The translations under genes were made by a program, and so were the position numbers. A stretch of 64,000 bases of DNA from Trichinella spiralis (Eukaryota), in the NCBI RefSeq assembly GCF_000181795.1, contig NW_003526943.1, positions 2,613,666 through 2,677,665 of the forward strand, read 5' to 3'. The notes beneath the pieces are model-generated. The model worked only from the letters and a program-made list of their open reading frames with translations. It ran no database searches and was not told where the DNA came from. Shown piece by piece: positions 41,191-53,099 of the stretch (position 1 is the stretch's first letter; each line of letters begins with the position of its first letter).

Positions 41191-42375
41191 CAGTCGCCCT
41201 TGAAATTCGCGGGCTTAAAACTCGCAGATTTTACTATTCGCGGATTTTTGATTGGGTGACAGATTTTGAAATAATCAGAGTAAATGGAAAATGTGGTTTA
41301 TTTTCCAGCATTTTGATGACATTCACATATGGTCCCTTTCAGAAAAACGGTGAACATAAATGTAGAAGATGAATTTAATTGTTTACTTTCCACTATCAAG
41401 CTAAGATCATAAAACAGAACCGGAAATCGCTACATCTTATTTTTAGATATGACTGTGTATGTATACTGTAGATCTGCAGGTTGAGGGTAAGGTTTTCACT
41501 CGTGAGATTCCACTCCATAACAGTAATGATAAAGACTTACGCAAATCAGAGGCTAATTAATCACTACTCATAAGAAAAATAAACAAAAATGAATTCAAAA
41601 AGAGCTACTGTAAATGAGCGGTTGGTTTGCGGAATGAATGACAACTGTCTAACAGACCAACTGACTTTTGGTTCTTCGTCCGTTCTTCATATATATCATG
41701 CAGCTGCTGCTGAACGTCAATGAAATCGAACTATACTTGTCAGTCAAAAATATAAGCATAAAATCATAAAATAATACTTATCAAACAATGATATAAAAAA
41801 CTGAATCAAATTACAACTCGAAATTTCACGAGTTTTTCGAAAAATTAACTTTCGAAAAACTCGTGAAAATTCTGCATGCACTGAAGCAGGTAACAGATGA
41901 CGCTTTTGAAGCGGATTCAAATATGATTCGCGCGATTAAGCTTAAGCGTGATTTGGAAATAACTGCGGAATCATATCATCGAATTCTCAATAAAATAAAA
42001 AAAAGGAAGAAACAACTTCTGATAACAATGTTTTTCAAAAAAGATGCCAAGATAGTCCATTCACTTCTGGCAAGCATGCATGCAGAAACACACTCCCCCC
42101 CCCCCTATTAAGACTCTTATATTGTTAAGAATTGCATTGTAGACTATTATACGTATATGAATTGCAGACTGTTGTATGTTAAAAAATAAATATATGATAA
42201 ATACTTAGCTTGCAGATCAATAAACGTTCCTAAATATTCCATGCAGTTTACACGCAATTGCGTAGGACCATAAGGCAACAGCGAACCGAATGAACAGGAG
42301 CGGCATGTATTCGTGAAAGTTTGAAATTCGCGGTTTCCTCTGGGACACACAACCGCGAATCTCAGGGGTCGACTG
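41191..42375 (+). mobile_element. pogo/Tigger-like non-autonomous DNA transposon
   Basis: TIRs CAGTCGCCCTTGAAATTCGCGG and CCGCGAATCTCAGGGGTCGACTG. Inserted at a TA; copies 1 and 2 show the empty site. ORF 41863-42111 resembles the Tigger transposase C-terminus (..YHRILNKIKKRKKQLLITMFFKK). Confidence 0.85.
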
Positions 42376-42613
42376 TGTATCTTGTTAACCTTATTTACAA
42401 ATGTTACGTTTAGAATTATGTAATTGGAAGTGATAACTTGGGTGGTTAATTAAACTTTTTCTTTTATTAAATGAATAATATTAAATATTTATCTGCTGAA
42501 TAGCGTAATCATTGAATTCATTCAATTGACACATACAATATTGAAAACAAACAAAATGTAACATATTTAAAGCCACGAGTAACAGAAAATTTCACAGTTG
42601 AGCATCTGCGACA

Positions 42614-43571
42614 ATGTTCATCACGTTTATTTTTCTTGCGAACATACTGCTTCTTGTGCAGCCAGCGGCAAGTTACCTATATGGTGGAACCTCCAACGAC
42701 GTAATTAATATACAAGGTATTTTGTAAACATATTACCTTTAAATTATTTAGGAAATTCGATTAATGGATGAGTGTAGCTATTTACCACACATAGAAGAAC
42801 GCTTAGGGCAAGATGATTATTTTACGTTATTGGATCAGTGCGTTCAAGAACGGTAAAATTGACCATCCTTTTAATTCATTTTATACTCCTTTTGCATTTT
42901 CTTTGTAAAGTTGCCTTTTTGCAATTCAAATACATTAAATTAATTTGATATAATTATTGCGTATCAAAAAAGTCACAATCAATAACATAATAAGTTGTTT
43001 AAGATGTAAAATTAATGTCGTCAATAATATTTCTGTTTTAAAGTTCAATTAAATCACTGAAATTTATTATATAGCCATATTAAATGTAGAATATGTCTAA
43101 TATATATTTGAAATTGTTCATTTGATAATATCCATGAACATAAATTCTTAGCAGAGTATGCTATTAATAAAAAATCAGATAACATAATTTTCCTAATTCA
43201 TATGCAATATGGTATCAAACTGATAGAGCTGTTGGACAGTAAATTTCACTTTTGCACAACTATTTGTTTTTTCAGAGAAGTAGAATTTCCTTGTTATTTA
43301 TATTTTTAGATGACTGAATAAATATCATAAAACTATTCAGCAAGTGAATTTCATTTCCCTCGTAATGGGAAGTTAAACATCAAAATTTGAAATATTTATA
43401 CAGTATTACCAAAATGAATAATTTGCGCACGTGTATTTATATATTATTTTCAACCGACTAAGAGCAACAATTTTTATTTGAATTCAATCGATTATAATGA
43501 AATCATTTTTATATAAAAATATATGCTGAAATATTTTCAGACTTGCACAAAAAGCCGCAGGAAGAAGATAA
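42614..43571 (+). CDS. Small secreted two-Cys peptide precursor, copy 3 (72 aa, diverged paralog)
   Basis: Exons 42614-42700, 42752-42852, 43541-43571 give MFITFIFLANILLLVQPAAS-YLYGGTSNDEIRLMDECSYLPHIEERLGQDDYFTLLDQCVQERLAQKAAGRR*. Intron positions and phases match copies 1 and 2. Confidence 0.85.
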
Positions 43572-43968
43572 GTAAAGCCATCAAGAATCGATGATTTTGC
43601 TTCAAGGAACAGCATTATGAGAGTTTTTTAAATTGAAATAAATGAAATTGATGAAATAAATTTATCAAAAAATCAAGATCTGTTACTATATTCGTAATAA
43701 ATAACAATGCAGTATTTTTAGTTTTTCAATATTTAAAGCGTATGCCGCACAATCTTTACTGCAATGAAAAATGTAAAAACCTAAAAATGGACATTGGCAA
43801 CTATGATTATCCACATAATGGGATATTGGAAAGAAATTTTATTTTTTCTATCATGAAAAATGATCTCTTTTAAAAGTAATGAATGAACCATTCTTTTTGA
43901 AATTTAAAAATACAATGAATTTATGTTTTATTAAATAAATCGTGTATAATCGTGCATAAGAACACATC

Positions 43969-46900
43969 TCAATCATATATACATTTATGGCCGCAACCTG
44001 TTGGGCATGAACTGTGACTTCGAAACCAGCTTTCAATATGATTTAAATGCCCTCCATGCATACAACCTGGACACCATAAAAATAAACCACGTATTGTTTC
44101 TTCACTGTGAAAGTAAAATGTTATGTTTTTTTCATATAATATCCCAAAATATGTTTCACCGCTTACCATACTGAGCAATTCTGCAATGGCCGCTGACAGG
44201 TATTGCAAAGCCAACCCCTGTCAAATGCTGGGCTTTCACAATGAGGACAGAAAATTATTACCTTGTTTTTTGACTGGTTGACATTCCTGTATGGTATTGT
44301 TGGACACATTTTCATCACTTCCGCTGCTGTACTATACTGCTCACATCTTCTAAGTAATTCTAAACATATTTGATATTTGTAAACATGAAAGGTTTGATCT
44401 TATAAATGCATACCTGTGTATGCTAGTAGCCATTCTGTTTTCGTTTCTTTTCTTACCATGGCTTTTCCAAGTTTGCCAAGAGAAAGCACCATCGTTGCTC
44501 CCATTTGTACATTTGCCTAACATTAAAAATTAAAATATCATTATTTTGCTGCCTTCACTCACAAATTTACCCAATTTTCCACAAAATGATGAATAATTTT
44601 CTGCAGCAAAAGCATATAATCAAACCATCTAATGATGACAAGATTTCCATCGACTGTAAGGTGAATGAAATGCGAATTGTATGAACTGCCCCAACTTCTA
44701 GTCAACTGGTTAAATATTGAATCAAAATCCATCTTCAACCAAGCTGATTCATCACGACACTGTTGCTTCGCAAGCGTTTCTTCAGAAGCACCAAAGCCTT
44801 CAGAAGAAACATCTATTTGGGAGCTGAATTGTTGAAAACTCAGTTGCTGTTCAAATGCTAATTTAATATATAAAAATCTTTCTCACTCTGGCAACTTTTC
44901 ATCTTCAGGTCGTCGTGCTGAAGGAGGTGCATATGTTTCTCTTTCAAAATCATCGTCAAACAGCCTGCCAAAGCACGCAATAAAATGGTCATATTCGCCT
45001 ACAATCTTGCCTCCGTAAAAAATTCCACTTTTCATCTATCATTTTTCACTTTTTACTCACTTTGATCACCTTGATCACTTTGCGTCGATTCTAAATAAAA
45101 ATCAGTAAACAAATCAGATGCTATCTGATTAAATTCTCTTCATTTAAACTACAAATGCAGATAGCAGAATATAGTAAGACAAACTTATTTATTTATTTAT
45201 TGCAATGCAATATTTTCCAAAGAAGCTCATATTATTTTTCATGTTGCCAAAATTATTGCATATAATAACACAGCATACCAGAGCTCCCCTGGCAAGATGC
45301 TTTAGTGCGAAGCCAAGCACGGCGGAGGTTGACCAAAGTCAAATGACCAGAAATGTAAAAATCTTTCAGCATGAGCCACGTATGAGATTCCTAATAACTC
45401 GTTGATGTTTTTGTTAATTAAAAACTATTTGAATTAAATTAAATTAAATCAACAAACTCGTCTTCTTTTTAATTTCAACGCAACGTTGGCATTATGTTGG
45501 CACAGATCTGGAAAACAATAATCAGTGAGGTGATATTCTTCGGCAAAAATTTTGAATTGAGCAGGTGTAATCTATGCACAAAATGTTAATTTCAATTATA
45601 AATCGAAATTTTCCATGTAGTAGTAATTACGTAAGTTTTCTTATTTTTGTAAAATTGACTATTCAAAAGATGAAAACAACTTCTTCGTGGTCCTACAAAA
45701 TAGCTACTTGATCTATCTTCTCCATCATCCGCCGTAGAACTTGCAACCTCAAGTTTCTCGTTTAAAAAGTGAGAATCGTCTAAAATTACACTTCATAATA
45801 AATATTTTTTAAATTAAATGTAAAAAATGCACATTCGCTTACAAACGTAAAGAATATCCCCATTTATCCTGAAATTTATTGCCACTGGACTAAGATGTTT
45901 ACAAGGTTGATAAGCATTTTTTGCGTTATTCCAAATCAAAGAACCATTTGTAGAAGCAGACAACAGACTGTCAGAATTAGGCTTCCATTGAAAACCTGCA
46001 TGTTTAAATCGAATGAATAAATGTATCAGTGCGAACTTTTAGAACAGAATTTAAATGAATGTTCATAAAACACAAATTGAAACCTTTTACTGGAGAGGTG
46101 TGTTCCAAGAAAACAGCGTAAGGTAAGCATGGACGCTGAATATCCCAAACTTGTATTTCAAAATCTGTCGTCAACGTCGAGCTAGCTATTTGTGTTCCTT
46201 TTAAAGGATTCCAATGGATCTGACCAACCGGCGCTGATGTGACTATTGAATCTTCAAGCTTCGTCTTTGTACTCTGGTATTCCCATATCTGAAATTAAAA
46301 CACTATGCAAATGAATTTTATGCAAAATAAAAATGCCGACCAAACCTGAATGATTTTGTCTCTACCACCTGTAGCAAAGATGTTTTCAACTAATGGATTA
46401 AAATCCAAAGACAACACCGGCCCACCATGAGCAGTGAACAATTGGACAGGCTTTGCTGGCTTTCGCACATCCAAAAATTTCACCATCCCATTGTCATCAG
46501 CCAAAGCAAGCAAAATGTGAGAATTGTAAGCAAATTTGACATCTCGAACATGGGCGCCTCCACTGAAAATATTCAAAACTGACATTAAATATCATTAAAA
46601 TATTCTGAAAATTCGTGTTTAATATGTTTAATTTTTAACTTTTCAAATGTAAAAGCAGAACGCTCTTGGCGGAGGTCAAAAAATAGTACGCAATCGTCGC
46701 GAGTTGCGCTGAGCAAATAATTCGGCTTGGAATGATGAAAGCAAACTTTCATAGCATATTGCTGTTTTGGTCGGATTATTCTTTCTTAAAAAACAATACC
46801 AATTAGAAATCATTGATTCACAGCGTCAACCTTCTCACCAACTCTGTTTACTTCAGAACGTGATAAATTCCATAGTGCGATGTATCCAGTGCCAGTTGCA

Positions 46901-48062
46901 GTAGCAATTCTGTTCACTAAAAAACAAAAAAATACGATGTAACATTTTTGTTAATTTTATTTTATATCATTTCATTTCACAACTTCATTTAACAGATATA
47001 ATAATTTCAATAATTAGAAATATTCATCAGTTCAACATTGAATCACACACAAATGATACGTACCTTCTACTTTATTCCAGCTGACGTCGAGAGATGATGC
47101 GAGAGAACGAGGCTGATCGCCAACTTTAAGACTATGCAATTCTCTGAAATTTTTTTCATCGCTGACATCCACAATCTTCAAAACTTAAAAAGTACTTCGT
47201 TTCAATAAAAAATTAACTTCATTCATTTTTAAATTTAACATAAAATACGTTTTCAATAAGCACATGATCTTACCGTCGAAAATAATTTTCATAAAAATTG
47301 ATCATTATTTATCAGTGCATCTTGCATTTAACATAATTCGAAACATAATAATATGAAAACAATAAAACAGAACTATGCATTAATATGAAACAACAAACAG
47401 AATGACAACAACAAATAAAATTCCAAATACATATACAGCAGACTTAAAAATCACAATTTGCATACAGTAACTGTAATTGACGTGTAAGGAAATATGAGCC
47501 TAAGCAATATTTGAAAGCAACACTTTTACGAGCCTTTTACAAATTTTGCATATTCATTTCGCTCTGCGTTAGTAGAATAAATAATTTTTACGTGACAAAC
47601 AATAATTACTGAATACTGAATTAAAAACGAATAGCATCTACGATAGTTTGTAAAATCATCAGAAATTCATTATATTATATTCATTTTTAAAAAGAGAACA
47701 CTCATTGACTATTAATTTCTGTTGCATGCAATCACTAATGAAAAAAAACATAAGAATACATATTGCTGGTGATAAGTTAAAAGTATTCTTTATGTTTTTT
47801 GTCGCATATAATAGTGTCGGTTCCGTTTTTTAGAATGCATAATCAGTAGTTTATATCAAATAAAAATAAATACTCTACAACACAATAAAAGCGAAAAACA
47901 GTAATCCTTATTTCAGTGATAAGCATCTGAAATTTAAATATGAAAACATTTTACATAAAAAATTTGTCAAGGTTACTCACAATTTTTTCCTGCAACTGCA
48001 AGCCTGTTACCGCGACTGTTGAAACTTAATGCATTAATCTGACACTCAAATTGTATTTGCAT
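43969..48062 (-). CDS. WDR24: WD repeat protein 24 (GATOR2/SEA2 subunit), many exons
   Basis: N-terminal WD40s ([47 protein letters not shown]), CQHNANVA, C-terminal zinc finger [31 protein letters not shown]. Start uncertain; extra 5' exons possible. Confidence 0.9.
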
Positions 48063-48522
48063 TATGTCTGAAGAAATGAAATCGCAACTAGCTTATTGCT
48101 TAATAGATTATAATAATGACTTTTCGTTTTGGGTAATGTTTAATTTATCCTAGGTGAAATAATTAAATTTGGATTTACAATGTTGCCCTAATTTATTGTA
48201 AGATATGAGTTTACGTACTTTTGCCACCGTTTTTGTATTAAATGATAACTGTATGATTTATTAAATAAAAAGAATTCATTCTTTGTAATGCTGAACTCTC
48301 TATACTGTATTATAGTATTCTATATTATAAAAAATACAGTATTAGTAATGGTGTCAGTATTATAAATGAATAAAAAAATATATTCTTAAAACATGATGGT
48401 ATGAAGTTTACAGCTGTAAGTGTATATGAAATACATCCATTGAATCTTGAAAATCAAGGACTTTTCTTGCTGTAGTACACAGTTGAATAAATGTGATATT
48501 TGAAAGTTGCGACATTGTATCA

Positions 48523-49020
48523 ATGGCGTCTGGAAAGATTCGTGGTCTTATTTCGTATGTGAAAGCAAATCCTAAAGAATGGCGAGATTATTTTGCTAGT
48601 ACTCATTTTTGGGGGCCTGCGGTGAATTTTTCATTGCCTTTAGCTGCATTCAGAGACATGACGCAGAAGCCGGATATAATCAGTGGCCGTATGACATTTG
48701 CCTTGAGTTTGTACTCCTTGATGTTTATGCGTTTTGCATGGAAAGTTCAACCTAGAAATTTACTGCTTCTGTCTTGTCACTCTTTGAATGAAGCTGCTCA
48801 ACTTATCCAAGGATTTCGCTTTTACAAATTTCATTATGGTTCCTCTTGTTTTAACAAGTCGGTGTAAGTATTTATTCACTTCTTTTACAATTATGCCTGT
48901 GTGTGATTATTTTGATTTAGATCGGAAAGTGGTGAAGATAATGCAAATGATACTGATGTTGATAATGCAGAAAACTTTGACGACCATCGTAATCGATTGA
49001 ATACAAATTTTTTTCTTTAA
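48523..49020 (+). CDS. MPC1: Mitochondrial pyruvate carrier 1
   Basis: [53 protein letters not shown]. The unspliced form stops at 48867; removing intron 48864-48920 extends the frame to TAA 49020. Confidence 0.93.
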
Positions 49021-49765
49021 AAATTTAACATTTGTGCAATCATTCACTTTTTTCCTTTTCTTCGCATGTTACTTGTTTGTTCAGTTATATTGAACGTTGA
49101 GAATATTTCATCTCAATGTATCTGAAAATGAACCTTGTTTGCTATACCTCAGAATAATGATATTTCATTAAAAGCACTTTATTCTTAACATATGAAGGTT
49201 CAAATTTCAAAAATACAATTCGCATTCATTTGATAATGAAGTAATAAATCTAAAATATACGTAATAGTTTCATTAAAATTATATTTATGCAACCTAGATG
49301 ACAGTTTAGCTTACCGACTAACGAAATAATTTGAATCAAAGTGTTATATTACACATTTAAAAATATCGCTTACTGTTAATAATTTGCATGTAAAAATCAT
49401 TTTTATATAAAATGTAATTTATTAATGCAAAAGTGTGATAAAAAAATTCTATTAGTAACAGAATAAAACTGATAAAGAAGCCGCTTATCTTAATGCGTAT
49501 TTGGTTAAACTAACATGACAGTTATATAAATGGCTAGATAAGATAAATAGCTGATAGTCGTTATGTATATACGTTATATATGCATCCGTTATATAATTTA
49601 ATTTTAAGGAACATTGCAATACATTTTAAAAAATGGCCACCGATGTTTCAACTTTAAATTTCACAATTGCAAGTTTACTGTATTATACTGTAGATGTAGC
49701 CTGAGTTTTGTTTTCATATATATCGTAATGCTTTCGTAAGTTGCTTTGTTGGAAGGAAGACAAAA

Positions 49766-51157
49766 ATGGTAAGGTTTGCTAAAATATTCTTTGGTAAATT
49801 TATTATTATTCATGATGATACAGGGTCCTAAAAAAATGCAAAAAGGGAAAAAGGTGGCTGAGATGCCGGCAGCCTTGAAAAAGAAAGTAGTGGAGCCTAA
49901 GAAGAAGCCGAATCCTTTGTTTGAACCTAGACCGAAGAATTTTGGAATTGGTGCAAAAGCACTTATCCATATTTAGGAAATCTCATTAATACTTAATTTA
50001 TAATGTTTAAGGGCAAGACATTCAGCCGAAAAGAGATGTGAGTCGATTCGTTCGTTGGCCTAAGTACATTGTATTGCAACGTCAACTGGCTATCTTATAT
50101 AAGCGTCTGAAGGTACCTCCTGCAATAAATCAGTTTCGCTTTGCGTTAGATCGACCTACAAGTGAATTCTAATCGCTTTGTTATATTTTTAATTTTTTAA
50201 TTTTGAAGTATTTTAGCATCGCAAGTGTTGCGCTTATTGAGAAAATATCGTCCAGAAACGAAAAGAGCGAAATTGAAGCGGCTGAAAAGTCGTGCAGCTA
50301 AACAAGCTAAGGGAAAAGAAGACGCACCATCGAAGAGACCACCGGTAGTTCGTTTCGGCGTTAATACGGTGACAACTTTGGTGGAACAGAAGAAAGCGCA
50401 GTTGGTTGTTATCGCACACGATGTAGATCCAATTGAGGTTGGATTGCATTTTTCATTGCAACAAATTGAATTAAACATATATGCATATATGTATATTATT
50501 TATTTAACTATACAGATAATCTTTATTATAACAAAATATTTATATGATTTTAAAGTAGTTAAAATAATATATGGAACAACATTTTTGATAACACGAAAGT
50601 GATAGTTACATTCAAAAAATGAACTTCAAATATATCTTTTCTGTAAAAGATAGCGAATTTTTTTATGCTAAATGCAGGTTGATGTTTTATATTAGGGCTA
50701 TTATGTGCATTCAATAAAATTTATCTGTGAACGATTTAACTTTAGATTGTGGTATTTCTTCCCGCGTTGTGCCGAAAAATGGGTGTACCCTACTGCATTA
50801 TTCGGAGTAAAGCACGCTTGGGTAAAGTTGTGAATCGAAAGACTACATCATGTTTAGCTCTGCAGCATATTAATCCGTATGTGTTAACAGTTCAAATTAC
50901 GCGTATTTGACTTTATTTATTTCAGTGAAGATCGCAATTCATTGGCGAAAATAGTCGAAGTCGTGAAAACTAATTTTAATGATAGATTTGATGAAGTAAT
51001 TTTTTATTTATTTTAATTCATATTGTTCTTCATTACTTTGTTTTAGCTGCGTCGTACTTGGGGTGGTGGACAACTTGGAAACAAGTCTGCTGCTCGTCTG
51101 AATAAGTTGGAACGCGCAAAATTGAAAGATATGAAAGAAAAAATAGATTTCAAATGA
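49766..51157 (+). CDS. RPL7A: 60S ribosomal protein L7a (eL8), ~7 exons
   Basis: [92 protein letters not shown]-only first exon. Confidence 0.97.
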
Positions 51158-51735
51158 ATGTTGCGTAGCAAATAACTACTGCGAATAAAAGTGATGAAAT
51201 ATGATTATTGCATTTATGATGAGCATCGTATAAAGAAACGTGAAAGCAAAAGCATGAACATGAATACGTAAATATGGATAACAGATATATATCGCAGATA
51301 CATACATATATATAGGGTTGTGTGTGTGTGTATATATATGAATAGACTGTGATTTTGTAAATATTTTTCAAATGTGGGAAATTTAAAGTAAGATGTATAA
51401 TAAAATTGATCTTTCATAACTAGACAGTATTATTTTCATTATTTTTGTAATGCATTAGCTTAAGAAAAAACAAGAAAAAAATGAAAATTTTACCAGTCAA
51501 GATAATTTTCAATAATGACAGTAACTTTTACTTGAAAATCATTCATCATTGCTTACTGTAGTCAAATGCATTTATTGTTAGTTTTGACGAAATAAAAAAT
51601 TTTTTTAATTTAATCATACGTGGGCTACTTATCATGCATACCTTGTTTCCTATTTCATTTTTATGAACTGATTATTAATATAACTTTGTATGTACCTTCT
51701 TGACATTTGAGGTTAACGTAGTTTTTATTTAGATT

Positions 51736-52095
51736 ATGACATCAGATAATATTCCAAAAGATTTTCGAAACCTTCGAGCATGCTTAGTATGTTCAATGAT
51801 CAAGAGCATCGATCAGTTTGAAAGCCAGGGCTGCGATAACTGTGAGCAGTTTTTGTCTATGAAGCATGATCGTGACAAAGTCTATGATTGCACCAGTGCA
51901 AATTTTGATGGGATGATTTTTTTGACGGATCCGGACGACAGTTGGGTCGGAAGGTGGCAAATGATAAGCAAAAAGAAAATTGGCATTTATGCAATATCGG
52001 TTTCGGGTACTTTACCGAATGCAGTTGTGAGTGAAATTCGAGCAATGGGAATGCATTATAAGCCTTATATGCGAGATACAACATCTAAGGTTTAA
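51736..52095 (+). CDS. SPT4: Transcription elongation factor SPT4
   Basis: LRACLVCSMIK..QFESQGCDNC, CTSANFDG, SWVGRWQ, GIYAISVSG. Confidence 0.96.
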   Translation: MTSDNIPKDFRNLRACLVCSMIKSIDQFESQGCDNCEQFLSMKHDRDKVYDCTSANFDGMIFLTDPDDSWVGRWQMISKKKIGIYAISVSGTLPNAVVSEIRAMGMHYKPYMRDTTSKV

Positions 52096-53099
52096 TTGTA
52101 TTCTAATGGTTTGAATGTTTGCACTTATCAGAGATTTTTTTAATTTATTTAATTTAACTGTTATGCATTTAAAATCGTCATTCGTTATTTTCTTTGTTTC
52201 TGTATATGTAAATAAGACGTTATGACTAAGATTTTCCAACTTTATTGATTGATACTATAGAAGTGATAAAGTATACAAATTAATAAGTTGATTACTTTGA
52301 ATTAAAATTCGTAACTTGAATTCCAGCGTATGATGGTAAATTTTTTAATAAGTATTACGTTCTAGCTGAATTCTTTGAACATTTTGCTGTTTCACTTTAT
52401 TTTTTTTCTTCATTTTCCGAAAAATTCGTTGTGCATCCTAATGTCCTGGGCGAGATATGTTTATTTAATCTTGAAAATCCCGCTTTTTTTTTATCTCATG
52501 CATGTTTAGAATGCATTTGGTTATGAACATTCGATGTAATTTTGTCAAACGTATGTTATATTTTCAAACATATTTGAAGTATTCCTATATAAATTATTTG
52601 TAATACATTAGCAACATGCAGTTCCTGTTGTTTCTGAAGATGACATTTATTGAATAGCCCACAGTCACCATTATGAAAAGAACTTATAGAATTTGTTTTT
52701 ATTATGACATTTTCTTTATCTTTGGGAAATAGCTGTCACGTGATTCGTATAAAACTTAATTTTTTGAATCAGTTTTGTTAAAAGTTGCACTTGATGCAGC
52801 TACTTTTGGGTGGTATATTGCTTTCCTAATGTTGCAAAATCATACCTAATGCTATAACTATTCTAAAGTAAATATGCTCATGACCAATGTTTAACTTCTT
52901 TACATTTGCTCAGAATTTTCTGTGTATACTTTCGTGCACAAAATTTAAAAAGATGTCTTATTCTACACATGAATATGGCAACAGAGAAGTCATATTGATC
53001 TTTAAAAATAATGCTATTTCACAGTTTTATATTTCATTGTTCAAATAATAACTAAAGCACATACATTTGGAACAAATGGGAAAAGGCTCATGATAAATA

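Larger units (their letters stand above)
31320..43810 (+). repeat. Tandem segmental triplication carrying the small secreted-peptide genes
   Basis: Recurrent homologous blocks at ~31.3-35.9 kb, ~35.9-39.0 kb and ~40.2-43.8 kb, including upstream, intronic and downstream DNA. Confidence 0.9.

Noticed and set aside
50439..50746. Intronic snoRNA in the long RPL7A intron (vertebrate RPL7A hosts C/D snoRNAs)
   Set aside because: No convincing C (RTGATGA)/D (CTGA) pair or H/ACA layout by eye; an Infernal/snoscan search is needed.
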